Below, piece after piece: positions 1 through 7,253 of a DNA stretch of 33,797 nt. The position numbers and the translations under genes are program-made. The first letter of the stretch is position 1. Each line of letters begins with the position of its first letter. The notes under the pieces are model-generated. The model was not told the DNA's origin and did not search any database. It saw nothing but the letters and a program-made list of their open reading frames with translations. Origin of the DNA: Candidatus Binatia bacterium (GTDB lineage Bacteria > Desulfobacterota > Binatia > UBA9968); the NCBI GenBank assembly GCA_044869705.1, contig JBIOXP010000115.1, forward strand, positions 1-33,797, written 5' to 3'.

Positions 1-896
1 TATCTGATGATCCAAGGAAGAATAACAGTCCACGGGAAGAAACCGACCAGCGCAACAACAATGAAGTAATACCACGGCTCCGAGCGATCGAAGCTGGCGC
101 TGGTGTACCGGCCGAAATGCTCCGCCCAAAGATAGTAGTTCAGATATCCCGGGTTGCGCGCGTCCGCCTGAAGATACCAGGGGAGAACGACGGCAAGAAA
201 AACTCCAGCGCCAGGAATCAGGTAAATTCGACGCAAGATCTGCCAATCTCGACGCAGTAAAATAAAAAGAAAGAACACGATCCCGGGAATCACGAACGCG
301 ACCAAGCCCTTGACGAGGGTTCCCGCCGCGAGAGCCAGATACAGCGCCAGACAAAGAGCCGCGCGCCGGCGACGATCCTCCGTATGCGCTGCTTCGTAGA
401 AAGCCAATAGCGCGACCGTTTGAAAGAAAGTAAGCAGCATATCGAAGATCACGATCCGGGCGAGAATAAAAAATTCAACGCTGGTCACGAGAATCAGCGT
501 GCTCCATAAAGCAACCCAGCGTCCCCAATGGGAGCGAGAAAAAAAATAGATCAACAGGACACAACCGAGCGCCGACAACAGCGAAGGAAGCCGCGCGCTC
601 CATTCCGACACGCCCAAGAGCTTGTACGAAAGGGCGATCAGCCAATAAAAAAAGATCGGTTTGTCCAGAACCGGGTAGAAATTTTCATGCGGCGTGACCC
701 AATCGTTCAGCAGGAGAATTTCTCGAGCTTTTTCGGCGTTACGACCTTCATCGGGCTCGAAAAGCGCTGCGCCCCCCAACCGATAGAGGAGGATGAAACC
801 AACCACCGCGACCACAAGCCATGGCAGCCAATCGTGTGGCAGGTCGCCGGAAGAGCGGGCTTGAGAAGAATCGGCGATCTTTTCGGCGCGCGACAA
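1..896 (-). CDS. ArnT/PMT-family (GT39/GT83, GT-C fold) membrane glycosyltransferase, 3' end runs off the window
   Basis: Not in the ORF track; manual minus-strand translation gives ...LFEPDEGRNAEKAREILLLNDWVTPHENFYPVLDKPIFFYWLIALSYKLLGVSEWSARLPS...ARIVIFDMLLTFF...LVKG..., which carries the DE, KP..YW, RLPS and KG motifs of ArnT-like proteins. An in-frame TGA lies just upstream; the TTG start at 896 is tentative. Confidence 0.85.
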   Translation of the reverse strand, partial: MSRAEKIADSSQARSSGDLPHDWLPWLVVAVVGFILLYRLGGAALFEPDEGRNAEKAREILLLNDWVTPHENFYPVLDKPIFFYWLIALSYKLLGVSEWSARLPSLLSALGCVLLIYFFSRSHWGRWVALWSTLILVTSVEFFILARIVIFDMLLTFFQTVALLAFYEAAHTEDRRRRAALCLALYLALAAGTLVKGLVAFVIPGIVFFLFILLRRDWQILRRIYLIPGAGVFLAVVLPWYLQADARNPGYLNYYLWAEHFGRYTSASFDRSEPWYYFIVVALVGFFPWTVILPWIIR

Positions 897-1025
897 TGGA
901 CAAGCTCACAGACAATTAACGAGCAGGTTTACCTGAGAAGCGTTCATTTGCAAGACATTCGGCGCCATTGCGGGCACGCCTAGTCTCTCTCGCGCGCCAG
1001 GCTCAGGCAATCGAGTATGCCGAGA

Positions 1026-1054
1026 TTGACAAGCCCTACCCCGTATCGTAGCGT
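1026..1054 (+). promoter_or_regulatory. Putative sigma70 promoter for the tatA-led operon
   Basis: TTGACA (1026-1031), 17 bp, TAGCGT (1049-1054); a GGAGGTG Shine-Dalgarno precedes the ATG at 1078. Confidence 0.55.
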
Positions 1055-1077
1055 GATTCTGCCGGCGGAGGTGACAC

Positions 1078-1281
1078 ATGTTCGGCAGTCTTGGCGCTCC
1101 AGAATTGATCGTAATTTTTATCGTCGCCCTGTTGGTCTTCGGACCGAGCAAACTTCCTGAGCTCGGCAAATCGCTCGGAGAAGCGATTCGCGGTTTCAAG
1201 AAGGCGATCAATGATGCCGAGAATACTCCGGCCGATAATCCACAAGTGCTGCAAGACTCCAAAAACCGACCGCAATCGTAA
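1078..1281 (+). CDS. tatA: Twin-arginine translocase TatA/E subunit
   Basis: MFGSLGAPELIVIFIVALLVFGPSKLPELGKSLGEAIRGFKK is the classic TM helix, FG hinge, amphipathic helix pattern; strong SD. Confidence 0.95.
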   Translation: MFGSLGAPELIVIFIVALLVFGPSKLPELGKSLGEAIRGFKKAINDAENTPADNPQVLQDSKNRPQS

Positions 1282-1316
1282 GCTCGGATCACGCGCTCTG
1301 CTCTCCAGGATGAGCG

Positions 1317-2540
1317 ATGACACCGGACTGCCAATCTCGGATTTACTGGCTCGTCACGCTACTACTGCTCGCGGCAGCGACACCCGGCCATTCACAGCAG
1401 CCGGTTGCAAGTTTTTACTATGACGAGCGCGGCAGCGTGACGCGCCAGGAGCAGGATACCAATCGGGATGGCAAAATGGATCGCTGGATCTATTATGACT
1501 CGAGCGGACAGATCCAGCGGATCGAACAAGACGTCAATTTTGACGGCAAACCCGATACGACCGTCTACTACGAATCCGGAAGGCCAGCACGTCAAGAACT
1601 TGCCAGTAAGAATGACGGGCAGATCGATACTTGGCTTTATCTCAACAGCCAAGGCGAAGTTGAGCGTAAAGGCCAAGATACAAGCCATACTGGCCAACCG
1701 ACTTTATGGGTCTACTACGAAAAGGGGCAACCGGTCCGGAGCGAGGAGACGGGCAGCAACGGCAATGCTCAGCAACGACGCGTTTTTTATAAGGACGGCA
1801 AAATTGTCCGCATCGAAGAAAGCACCAACGCCGACGGCAAGCCCGATACTTTTTCTTATTTTGACAACGGCCAATTGGTGCGCAAAGAGATCGATCGCAA
1901 ACATACCGGCAAGATCGACCTCTGGGGTTATTATCAGGATAATCGCCTGATCAAACAGGAAGAGGATCTCCACGGCGATGGCAAGGTTAGCCGAGTCGTC
2001 TACTTTCGCGGTGATGAGGTGATCCGCCGAGAGGAGGATACGGGTCGTCGCGGCCGTATGGACATGGTCGAATTTTTTTCTGTCGGCCGACTGATAAAGC
2101 GGCTGCGTGACACCAAAGGCACCGGCAAATGGGATACCGTCTACTACTTTGAAGACAATCAACTCGTGCGCGAAGAACGCGATACAAAAAATAGCGGCGT
2201 GCTTGATTTTAGGACTATTTACGATAAAGGGCAGATTGCTGCTCAAGAGGCGGATACAAACGGTGATCGCCGAGTTGATGTCTGGGTCAATTTTCAAAAC
2301 GGCGAGCGCCTCGAACAGCTCGAAGACCAAAACTATCAGGGAAAAATTACCGCTCGTTATAGTTTCAAAGGCGGGCAGGTGATTGGGCAGGAGACTTTGG
2401 ACAGTGTCGAGCCGCCACGAGTTTCCAAGCCGTTCAACACGATCGAAGAAGAGCTCAAAAGCGCTCTCGAGGCAACCGCGATACAGACCCCGGCCAGCAA
2501 CTCCGTTTCCGGATTGGTTTTGGACCGACAAATAAAGTAA
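1317..2540 (+). CDS. Exported beta-hairpin repeat protein (13 x ~24-aa DxNxDG-containing repeats; MORN/YwqK/YD-like), function unknown
   Basis: Sec-type signal (WLVTLLLLAAATPGHS|QQ), then tandem repeats such as RQEQDTNRDGKMDRWIYYDSSG and RIEQDVNFDGKPDTTVYYESG. Confidence 0.85.
   Translation: MTPDCQSRIYWLVTLLLLAAATPGHSQQPVASFYYDERGSVTRQEQDTNRDGKMDRWIYYDSSGQIQRIEQDVNFDGKPDTTVYYESGRPARQELASKNDGQIDTWLYLNSQGEVERKGQDTSHTGQPTLWVYYEKGQPVRSEETGSNGNAQQRRVFYKDGKIVRIEESTNADGKPDTFSYFDNGQLVRKEIDRKHTGKIDLWGYYQDNRLIKQEEDLHGDGKVSRVVYFRGDEVIRREEDTGRRGRMDMVEFFSVGRLIKRLRDTKGTGKWDTVYYFEDNQLVREERDTKNSGVLDFRTIYDKGQIAAQEADTNGDRRVDVWVNFQNGERLEQLEDQNYQGKITARYSFKGGQVIGQETLDSVEPPRVSKPFNTIEEELKSALEATAIQTPASNSVSGLVLDRQIK
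1443..2384 (+). repeat. Protein-level tandem repeat array, 13 units of 24-25 codons
   Basis: Consensus R-x-E-x-D-x-[NK]-x-[DT]-G-x-x-D-x-W-x-Y-[YF]-x-x-G counted by eye over residues ~43-356; degenerate at DNA level. Confidence 0.85.
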
Positions 2541-2564
2541 CATCCGCCTTTCGAGGCTGTATTG

Positions 2565-3716
2565 ATGAGCGCGCGATTAAGTGTATTGCTGTTAGTGCAG
2601 GTGATCGCGCTCTCCGCCTGCGAGCCGGTGGCAGTTCAGTATCCAGCTGGCTCGTCCGGGCAAAATCCCGCCAACCCTCCGAATACGTCGCCGGCAGCGC
2701 CTCAGAATCCCGACATTACCGGCTCCCAGCGCTGGCAGCACGCATGGAGTAAGGCGATGGAAGGCATTGCCATGGGCGGTTCCCTTGCTGGCCCGTACGG
2801 TGCCGGCGGCGGATTGATCATTGGCCTTATCACCGGGTTGATTACCGCTGACGCGCACTACGGTCAGATTAACAATCAGATCTCTACAGAGCAGAAAAAA
2901 GACCAGCAGCTCGAAGCTGCCATCGATCAAGAACTAGCGCGTCAGCGCGGCTTGGAAAATCAAATCTCCAAAGCCGGCGATGGCGGCACCGGAACCGAGG
3001 TTGTAGAACCGGTTCCTAATACTACGGCTCAGCCACAAGGGTCTGCACCACCAGTATCGACCAAGCAGCCGGCCGAGAACGCCGTGATCGCATCGCTGGG
3101 CAAACCCGTGCCTCAAACGCCGCCAACGCCATTTAAAAATGTTGAAGTGCGTGACATAAACGGCGACGGTGTCGCCGATTTGTGGATTTACTATAACCCA
3201 CAGAAGCCGGGCGAAATTATTCGTCAAGAAGAGGCGACAAAAGGGGACGGCCGCGTCGATGCGTGGAGCTACTTCAAAGACGGCAAAATGGTTCGGCGTG
3301 AGGTCGATACGAAACAATTCGGCAGGCCCGATACGGTGTATTTCTACGACAACGACAAACTCGTTCGCGAGGAGCGTGATGAGACCGGCCTGGGGAGTAT
3401 GACTTATCGCGCCATTTATCAAGATGGCCGACTAGCCAAGCTCGAGAGAGACACGAGCGGCAGTGGGCGGCCCGATCTGTGGGTTTATTATGATGCCACC
3501 AGAGACGGCGAGATCGTCGTCAAAGAAGAGCGCGACCTCAACGCCGATGGCGTCGCCGACTTATGGAGCTACTATGACAATGGCCGCCTCGTTCGGCGCG
3601 ATGTCAGTGCTCTCGGCCTCGAAATACTCTCGAAGAAAGAAGAGCTTCCCGCGCCGATCACCGAACTGACGAAAATTTCTGTTCCCGGTAACGAAAATGC
3701 AGCAGATCACCGCTGA
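2565..3716 (+). CDS. Lipoprotein with glycine zipper, coiled coil and ~6 DxNxDG beta-hairpin repeats, function unknown
   Basis: Lipobox LSAC; GIAMGGSLAGPYGAGGGLIIGLITG; QINNQISTEQKKDQQLEAAIDQELARQRGLENQ; repeats such as RDINGDGVADLWIYY and RDLNADGVADLWSYYDNG. Start is ATG 2565 or TTG 2562. Confidence 0.85.
   Translation: MSARLSVLLLVQVIALSACEPVAVQYPAGSSGQNPANPPNTSPAAPQNPDITGSQRWQHAWSKAMEGIAMGGSLAGPYGAGGGLIIGLITGLITADAHYGQINNQISTEQKKDQQLEAAIDQELARQRGLENQISKAGDGGTGTEVVEPVPNTTAQPQGSAPPVSTKQPAENAVIASLGKPVPQTPPTPFKNVEVRDINGDGVADLWIYYNPQKPGEIIRQEEATKGDGRVDAWSYFKDGKMVRREVDTKQFGRPDTVYFYDNDKLVREERDETGLGSMTYRAIYQDGRLAKLERDTSGSGRPDLWVYYDATRDGEIVVKEERDLNADGVADLWSYYDNGRLVRRDVSALGLEILSKKEELPAPITELTKISVPGNENAADHR
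3141..3606 (+). repeat. Protein-level repeat array, ~6 units of the same repeat as 1443-2384
   Basis: Same consensus; two units carry 3-aa loop insertions (YNPQKPGE, YDATRDGE). Confidence 0.8.
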
Positions 3717-4719
3717 TTGGGAAGACTCTGGCGTTCTCGCGCTGTTTCGCAGTCCTTTTCTCATCCCATCGGTTTTGTTTCACTCGATCCTTGCGTTGCT
3801 CGCGTTCCGTGCAGCAATGTTGCCGATCGTGAAACCTGAACAGACGCCGATTTCAGTCCAGCTACTGGAACCACGGGAAGGAACATCGTCAAACAAGAGC
3901 ATCGGGTCCGGCAGCGGTCCTGGCGGACCGCGAACCATGCCAAAATTGGGCACGGCGAAACCGCCCGTGCAACAAACCGGAAAATTGGATCAGGGTTCCA
4001 TTGAAAGTTCGGTCCCGAGCAACACTCCCACCGAGGCCGCGCCACCGCCCAAGCCCGCGCCTCTGCCGGCTCCGAAGATTTTGGCTTCAGATTCGCACGC
4101 CGATTCGGTAAACGCGAAAGAAACTTCACCGGACTCGTTCGTGCGCTTGCCGACCAAAGAAAGTCCGACCACTCTTCCCGGCAATCCTACTGATCTCGAT
4201 CTCCGTCAGCAGCAATCTCTTGCAGCGCTCAAGGGCGCGGGGGAAGGCCCTGGGATCAAGGCGCTCAAAGAAGGTGCGCAGATACCCGGCGCACTTAAAG
4301 GAACCGGATCTGGGCTGGCGCCCTACGGCGTTCCCGGTGGCAGCGCTAGCGGTACGGGATCAACCGGTGGCGGTACGGGAAGCGGCACCGGCGGCGGCAG
4401 CGCGACCGGATTGAGAGGGCTGTCCAGCGCCGATTACAATCAATATCTCAGCCAACTCAAAAAAAGAGTGGAGTCTGTGTGGAAGTATCCTGACGGTGTC
4501 AACGGCGTGCAAAAAGTCGCGATCTTGTTCACGCTCGACAAAGCGGGTCGACTCGTGCGCTCCGAGGTGCTGGAGTCCACCGATACCAGGCTGAATGCGA
4601 GCGCGGTCGAAGCGATGAAGCGTGCATCACCATTCCCGCCGATTCCGGAGACGCTGAAAGACTTGGCCAACACCCCTCTGCGCATGCAGTTTACCGTCAC
4701 GATCGGCGTGCGCGGTTAG
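3697..4719 (+). CDS. TonB/TolA-family energy transducer
   Basis: N-terminal TM with S-x3-H (SVLFH), Pro/Gly-rich linker, C-terminal TonB_C/TolA-like domain (YLSQLKKRVESVWKYP...FTLDKAG...AVEAMKRASPFPPIP). Confidence 0.9.
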   Translation: MQQITADWEDSGVLALFRSPFLIPSVLFHSILALLAFRAAMLPIVKPEQTPISVQLLEPREGTSSNKSIGSGSGPGGPRTMPKLGTAKPPVQQTGKLDQGSIESSVPSNTPTEAAPPPKPAPLPAPKILASDSHADSVNAKETSPDSFVRLPTKESPTTLPGNPTDLDLRQQQSLAALKGAGEGPGIKALKEGAQIPGALKGTGSGLAPYGVPGGSASGTGSTGGGTGSGTGGGSATGLRGLSSADYNQYLSQLKKRVESVWKYPDGVNGVQKVAILFTLDKAGRLVRSEVLESTDTRLNASAVEAMKRASPFPPIPETLKDLANTPLRMQFTVTIGVRG

Positions 4720-4755
4720 TCATCCTGCCCGGAAACAGTCCCAATCCGCCCGGGT

Positions 4756-4790
4756 TTATTGCAATAATTTTCCTATAAGGTAATCATCAT
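4756..4790. promoter_or_regulatory. Candidate operator/internal promoter upstream of the exbB-like gene
   Basis: Perfect 12-bp palindrome TTATTGCAATAA (4756-4767) in an AT-rich gap, followed by GGTAATCATCATC (partial Fur-box similarity). Confidence 0.35.
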
Positions 4791-4812
4791 CCGATCATCG
4801 GAAGGAAAGTTC

Positions 4813-5439
4813 ATGCAGCCGCAAGGTCTCGACCTTATCGACATTATCCATAAAGGCGCCATAGCGACTTACCCGTTAATTCTCCTGTCCATCATCAGCT
4901 TGACTGTGGTGTTTGAGCGTCTATGGTCGCTCCGAAATCTTGGTGCGATTACGCTTCGAGTCACTGAATCGATTCTCGAACCCGTCAAAAAAGGCCAGCG
5001 CGATTTGGCGATTGCCATTTGTAAGCAAAACTCCAATTGGCCGGTCGGCAGAATTTTTTTGAATATCCTGGAACGGGAAAGCAGCACGCGCCTGGAAGCC
5101 GCCAATGCCATCGTTACCGAAGCGCTCTTCGAAGAAACTCAGAAATTGAAGAAAAATCTCTGGATTCTGGGAACAGTGGCCAGCAGCGCGCCTTTTATTG
5201 GCCTTCTCGGCACGGTGGTGGGAATCATTAAGTCGTTCGAGAGCATGGCGATCGCCGGAACCGGCGGTTTTGCCGTCGTCGCTGCGGGCATATCCGAGGC
5301 CTTGGTCGCTACGGCGTTAGGTCTCGGCGTTGCGATTATCGCAGTCATTTTTTACAACTATTTCCAAACCCGCATCTCGATGCTCACGGGCCTCTTTCGC
5401 ATTCAAGCCGCCAAAGTTGTCCAGCTCATGAGCGCGTGA
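4813..5439 (+). CDS. MotA/TolQ/ExbB proton channel protein
   Basis: LGTVASSAPFIGLLGTVVGIIKSF and AGISEALVATALGL signature helices. Confidence 0.95.
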   Translation: MQPQGLDLIDIIHKGAIATYPLILLSIISLTVVFERLWSLRNLGAITLRVTESILEPVKKGQRDLAIAICKQNSNWPVGRIFLNILERESSTRLEAANAIVTEALFEETQKLKKNLWILGTVASSAPFIGLLGTVVGIIKSFESMAIAGTGGFAVVAAGISEALVATALGLGVAIIAVIFYNYFQTRISMLTGLFRIQAAKVVQLMSA

Positions 5440-5446
5440 GGATTGT

Positions 5447-5872
5447 ATGGCTATGACGCAGCTAGGCGGAAGCGAAGACAGTTCTGATATCGTCGCCGAG
5501 ATCAATATCACGCCTTTGACGGATATTTTCCTCGTGCTGTTGATTATTTTCATGATCACCAGTTCGGCAATGATCGAATCCGGTGGAAAAGTGAATCTGC
5601 CGAAAGCCGTTGCGACTCAATCAGAATCACGCGGCACAACGGTGACGATCACACCGAAACACGAAATTTATGTCGATCAGAAAATCATCAAGGAAGAAAA
5701 TCTCGAAAAAGTCCTTCAGGATGCGCTCAACAATCGCGCTGACAAGACCGTGATCCTTCGTGGCGACAAGGATGTGTTGCTCGGCGACACCGTCAAGGTG
5801 ATGTCGATGATCAAACGCGCCGGCGCTTCGGAGATCGCCATCGCGGCTGAAGCGGAAAGAAAGAGTCGCTAG
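5447..5872 (+). CDS. ExbD/TolR biopolymer transport protein
   Basis: EINITPLTDIFLVLLIIFMIT (conserved Asp), VNLP, and LRGDKDV...VMSMIKRAG. Confidence 0.95.
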   Translation: MAMTQLGGSEDSSDIVAEINITPLTDIFLVLLIIFMITSSAMIESGGKVNLPKAVATQSESRGTTVTITPKHEIYVDQKIIKEENLEKVLQDALNNRADKTVILRGDKDVLLGDTVKVMSMIKRAGASEIAIAAEAERKSR

Positions 5873-5896
5873 GCCGGGCGCAAAGACTTCTCGATC

Positions 5897-7147
5897 TCAG
5901 CGCGCCGGTCCGTCGGTGGGCGGCGGCAACTGCTGCGGCTTGTTCAGGCTATCTTCACGATTGCGCTCGATTTCCCGCTGAATTTCCGCCGGACTTTTAC
6001 CCAGCCGGTTGACTTCGAGTTGCAGATTCTTTTCCTTTTCCAGGAAGACTTCCAAGTCCAAGGATTTTTGCGTGCCGGGCTGATAATAAACCGTGATCGA
6101 TTCACGACTGTTGGTGCCATCACTCGCCCGCGCCAAGACATCGATCTGATTTTTTCCTTCCGCAACCGGGACTGCCGAAGAAAAAAATCCATCGGCGGCC
6201 AACCGTAATTGCGTCGCGTTCTGCGCGATGGTCTGGTTGACGACCTGCACGTAATCGACGCCCACCACCGAAATGTTTTCCAGCACCGCCAGTGCATCCG
6301 CCGGCCGCATCACGGGCGTATACGTGCCGCCGCTCTCTTTGGCAATACCACTCGCGGCGCGCGGATAGGAGAGCGCCTCCTCCCCGAGCGCGAAGACGTG
6401 AATCTTGATGCTGGCTTTTCCAGCCAAGCGTGCCGCGTTGATCGTCAGCGCGACGTCCTCCGGTGTCATTCTCTTACTCTCGCCGATCGGCAGGGTTGGA
6501 AACCCGTCGGTGAGAAGAAATTGCACTTTGATCGCATCGGTGCGTTTTTCGCTGCTGCCAAATCCCATCAACTCACTGATGCCCAGCCGTATCCCTTCCA
6601 CCATGTTGGTGCCGCCATAAGAACCCGAGCGCAGCACGTCGCCCAAGACTTTTCGAACCCGTTCGAAATCGTGCGTGAGCGGTTGGAGCAAATTGGCGCG
6701 CTCGCTGAAGCTCAAGACGCCGACGCGCGTCGTCTCATGGTTCAGCTGAAGGAGCAGGCGGCGTGCCGCCGCCACCTCGGCGGCCAGAACGGAATTTCTC
6801 GGGTTGCGCACCGGCGGTCCGCCGAGATTCATGCCGCCAATGCTGATTTGCGGCATCGGAAAACCGGTGCTTCCCGGAGGCTGATCGGCATCGCCCAAAT
6901 CCGCGCCGGCATAAAGTGCGGTGCTGCCCGAAACATCGATCAGCAAAAAGATATCGACGTTCGCCGATCGCCCGGCTTCCCGCGCGACCTTACCGCTGAC
7001 TAATACTGATTTTTGATCCTGGGTGATCTGTGTGCCGTTTTTCGGCGAAAGGATCTGTAATTTGGGTTGTGCGGAGGCAATGGAGTCCAAACCAATGCTA
7101 CAGAAAAATAATGAGAGACCAACGAGAGCACATCGAAACAGGTCCAT
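5897..7147 (-). CDS. Exported von Willebrand factor A (VWA) domain protein with Ig-like flanks
   Basis: Signal peptide ending ASA|Q; MIDAS motifs DVSGS, GGTN and LTDG; flanking beta segments LQILSPKNG..VLVSGKV and DGFFSSAVPVAEGKNQIDVLARASDG. Confidence 0.88.
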   Translation of the reverse strand: MDLFRCALVGLSLFFCSIGLDSIASAQPKLQILSPKNGTQITQDQKSVLVSGKVAREAGRSANVDIFLLIDVSGSTALYAGADLGDADQPPGSTGFPMPQISIGGMNLGGPPVRNPRNSVLAAEVAAARRLLLQLNHETTRVGVLSFSERANLLQPLTHDFERVRKVLGDVLRSGSYGGTNMVEGIRLGISELMGFGSSEKRTDAIKVQFLLTDGFPTLPIGESKRMTPEDVALTINAARLAGKASIKIHVFALGEEALSYPRAASGIAKESGGTYTPVMRPADALAVLENISVVGVDYVQVVNQTIAQNATQLRLAADGFFSSAVPVAEGKNQIDVLARASDGTNSRESITVYYQPGTQKSLDLEVFLEKEKNLQLEVNRLGKSPAEIQREIERNREDSLNKPQQLPPPTDGPAR

Positions 7148-7236
7148 AAATCAACCTCTCCGACATGGGCGACGCTAGCATGATTGTTCAGGGCATAAAA
7201 GAGCTATCGCGGTGCATACCTTGATAGCCGGGGTCG

Positions 7237-7245
7237 TGGTATAAT
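7237..7245 (+). promoter_or_regulatory. Extended -10 promoter element (TGgTATAAT)
   Basis: Perfect TGnTATAAT ending 8 nt before the ATG at 7254. Confidence 0.6.
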
Positions 7246-7253
7246 CCGTCGAC

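Noticed and set aside
528-983. 151-aa plus-strand ORF
   Set aside because: Antisense shadow of the ArnT-like gene, which has clear motifs on the minus strand.
1704-2543. 279-aa minus-strand ORF
   Set aside because: Antisense to the repeat protein; no recognisable features of its own.
1443-3606. Repeats as CRISPR array, RHS toxin or toxin-antitoxin module
   Set aside because: Periodicity is at protein level only. There is no RHS core DPxG end motif, toxin tip or adjacent immunity/toxin gene, and both proteins have export signals.
1078-5872. Canonical tol-pal or TonB iron-uptake operon
   Set aside because: No TolB propeller, Pal/OmpA domain or TonB-dependent beta-barrel in the window, and the order differs from tolQRAB-pal. 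Partners elsewhere in the genome cannot be excluded.
6209-7003. 264-aa plus-strand ORF
   Set aside because: Antisense shadow of the VWA gene; such shadows are common in GC-rich DNA.
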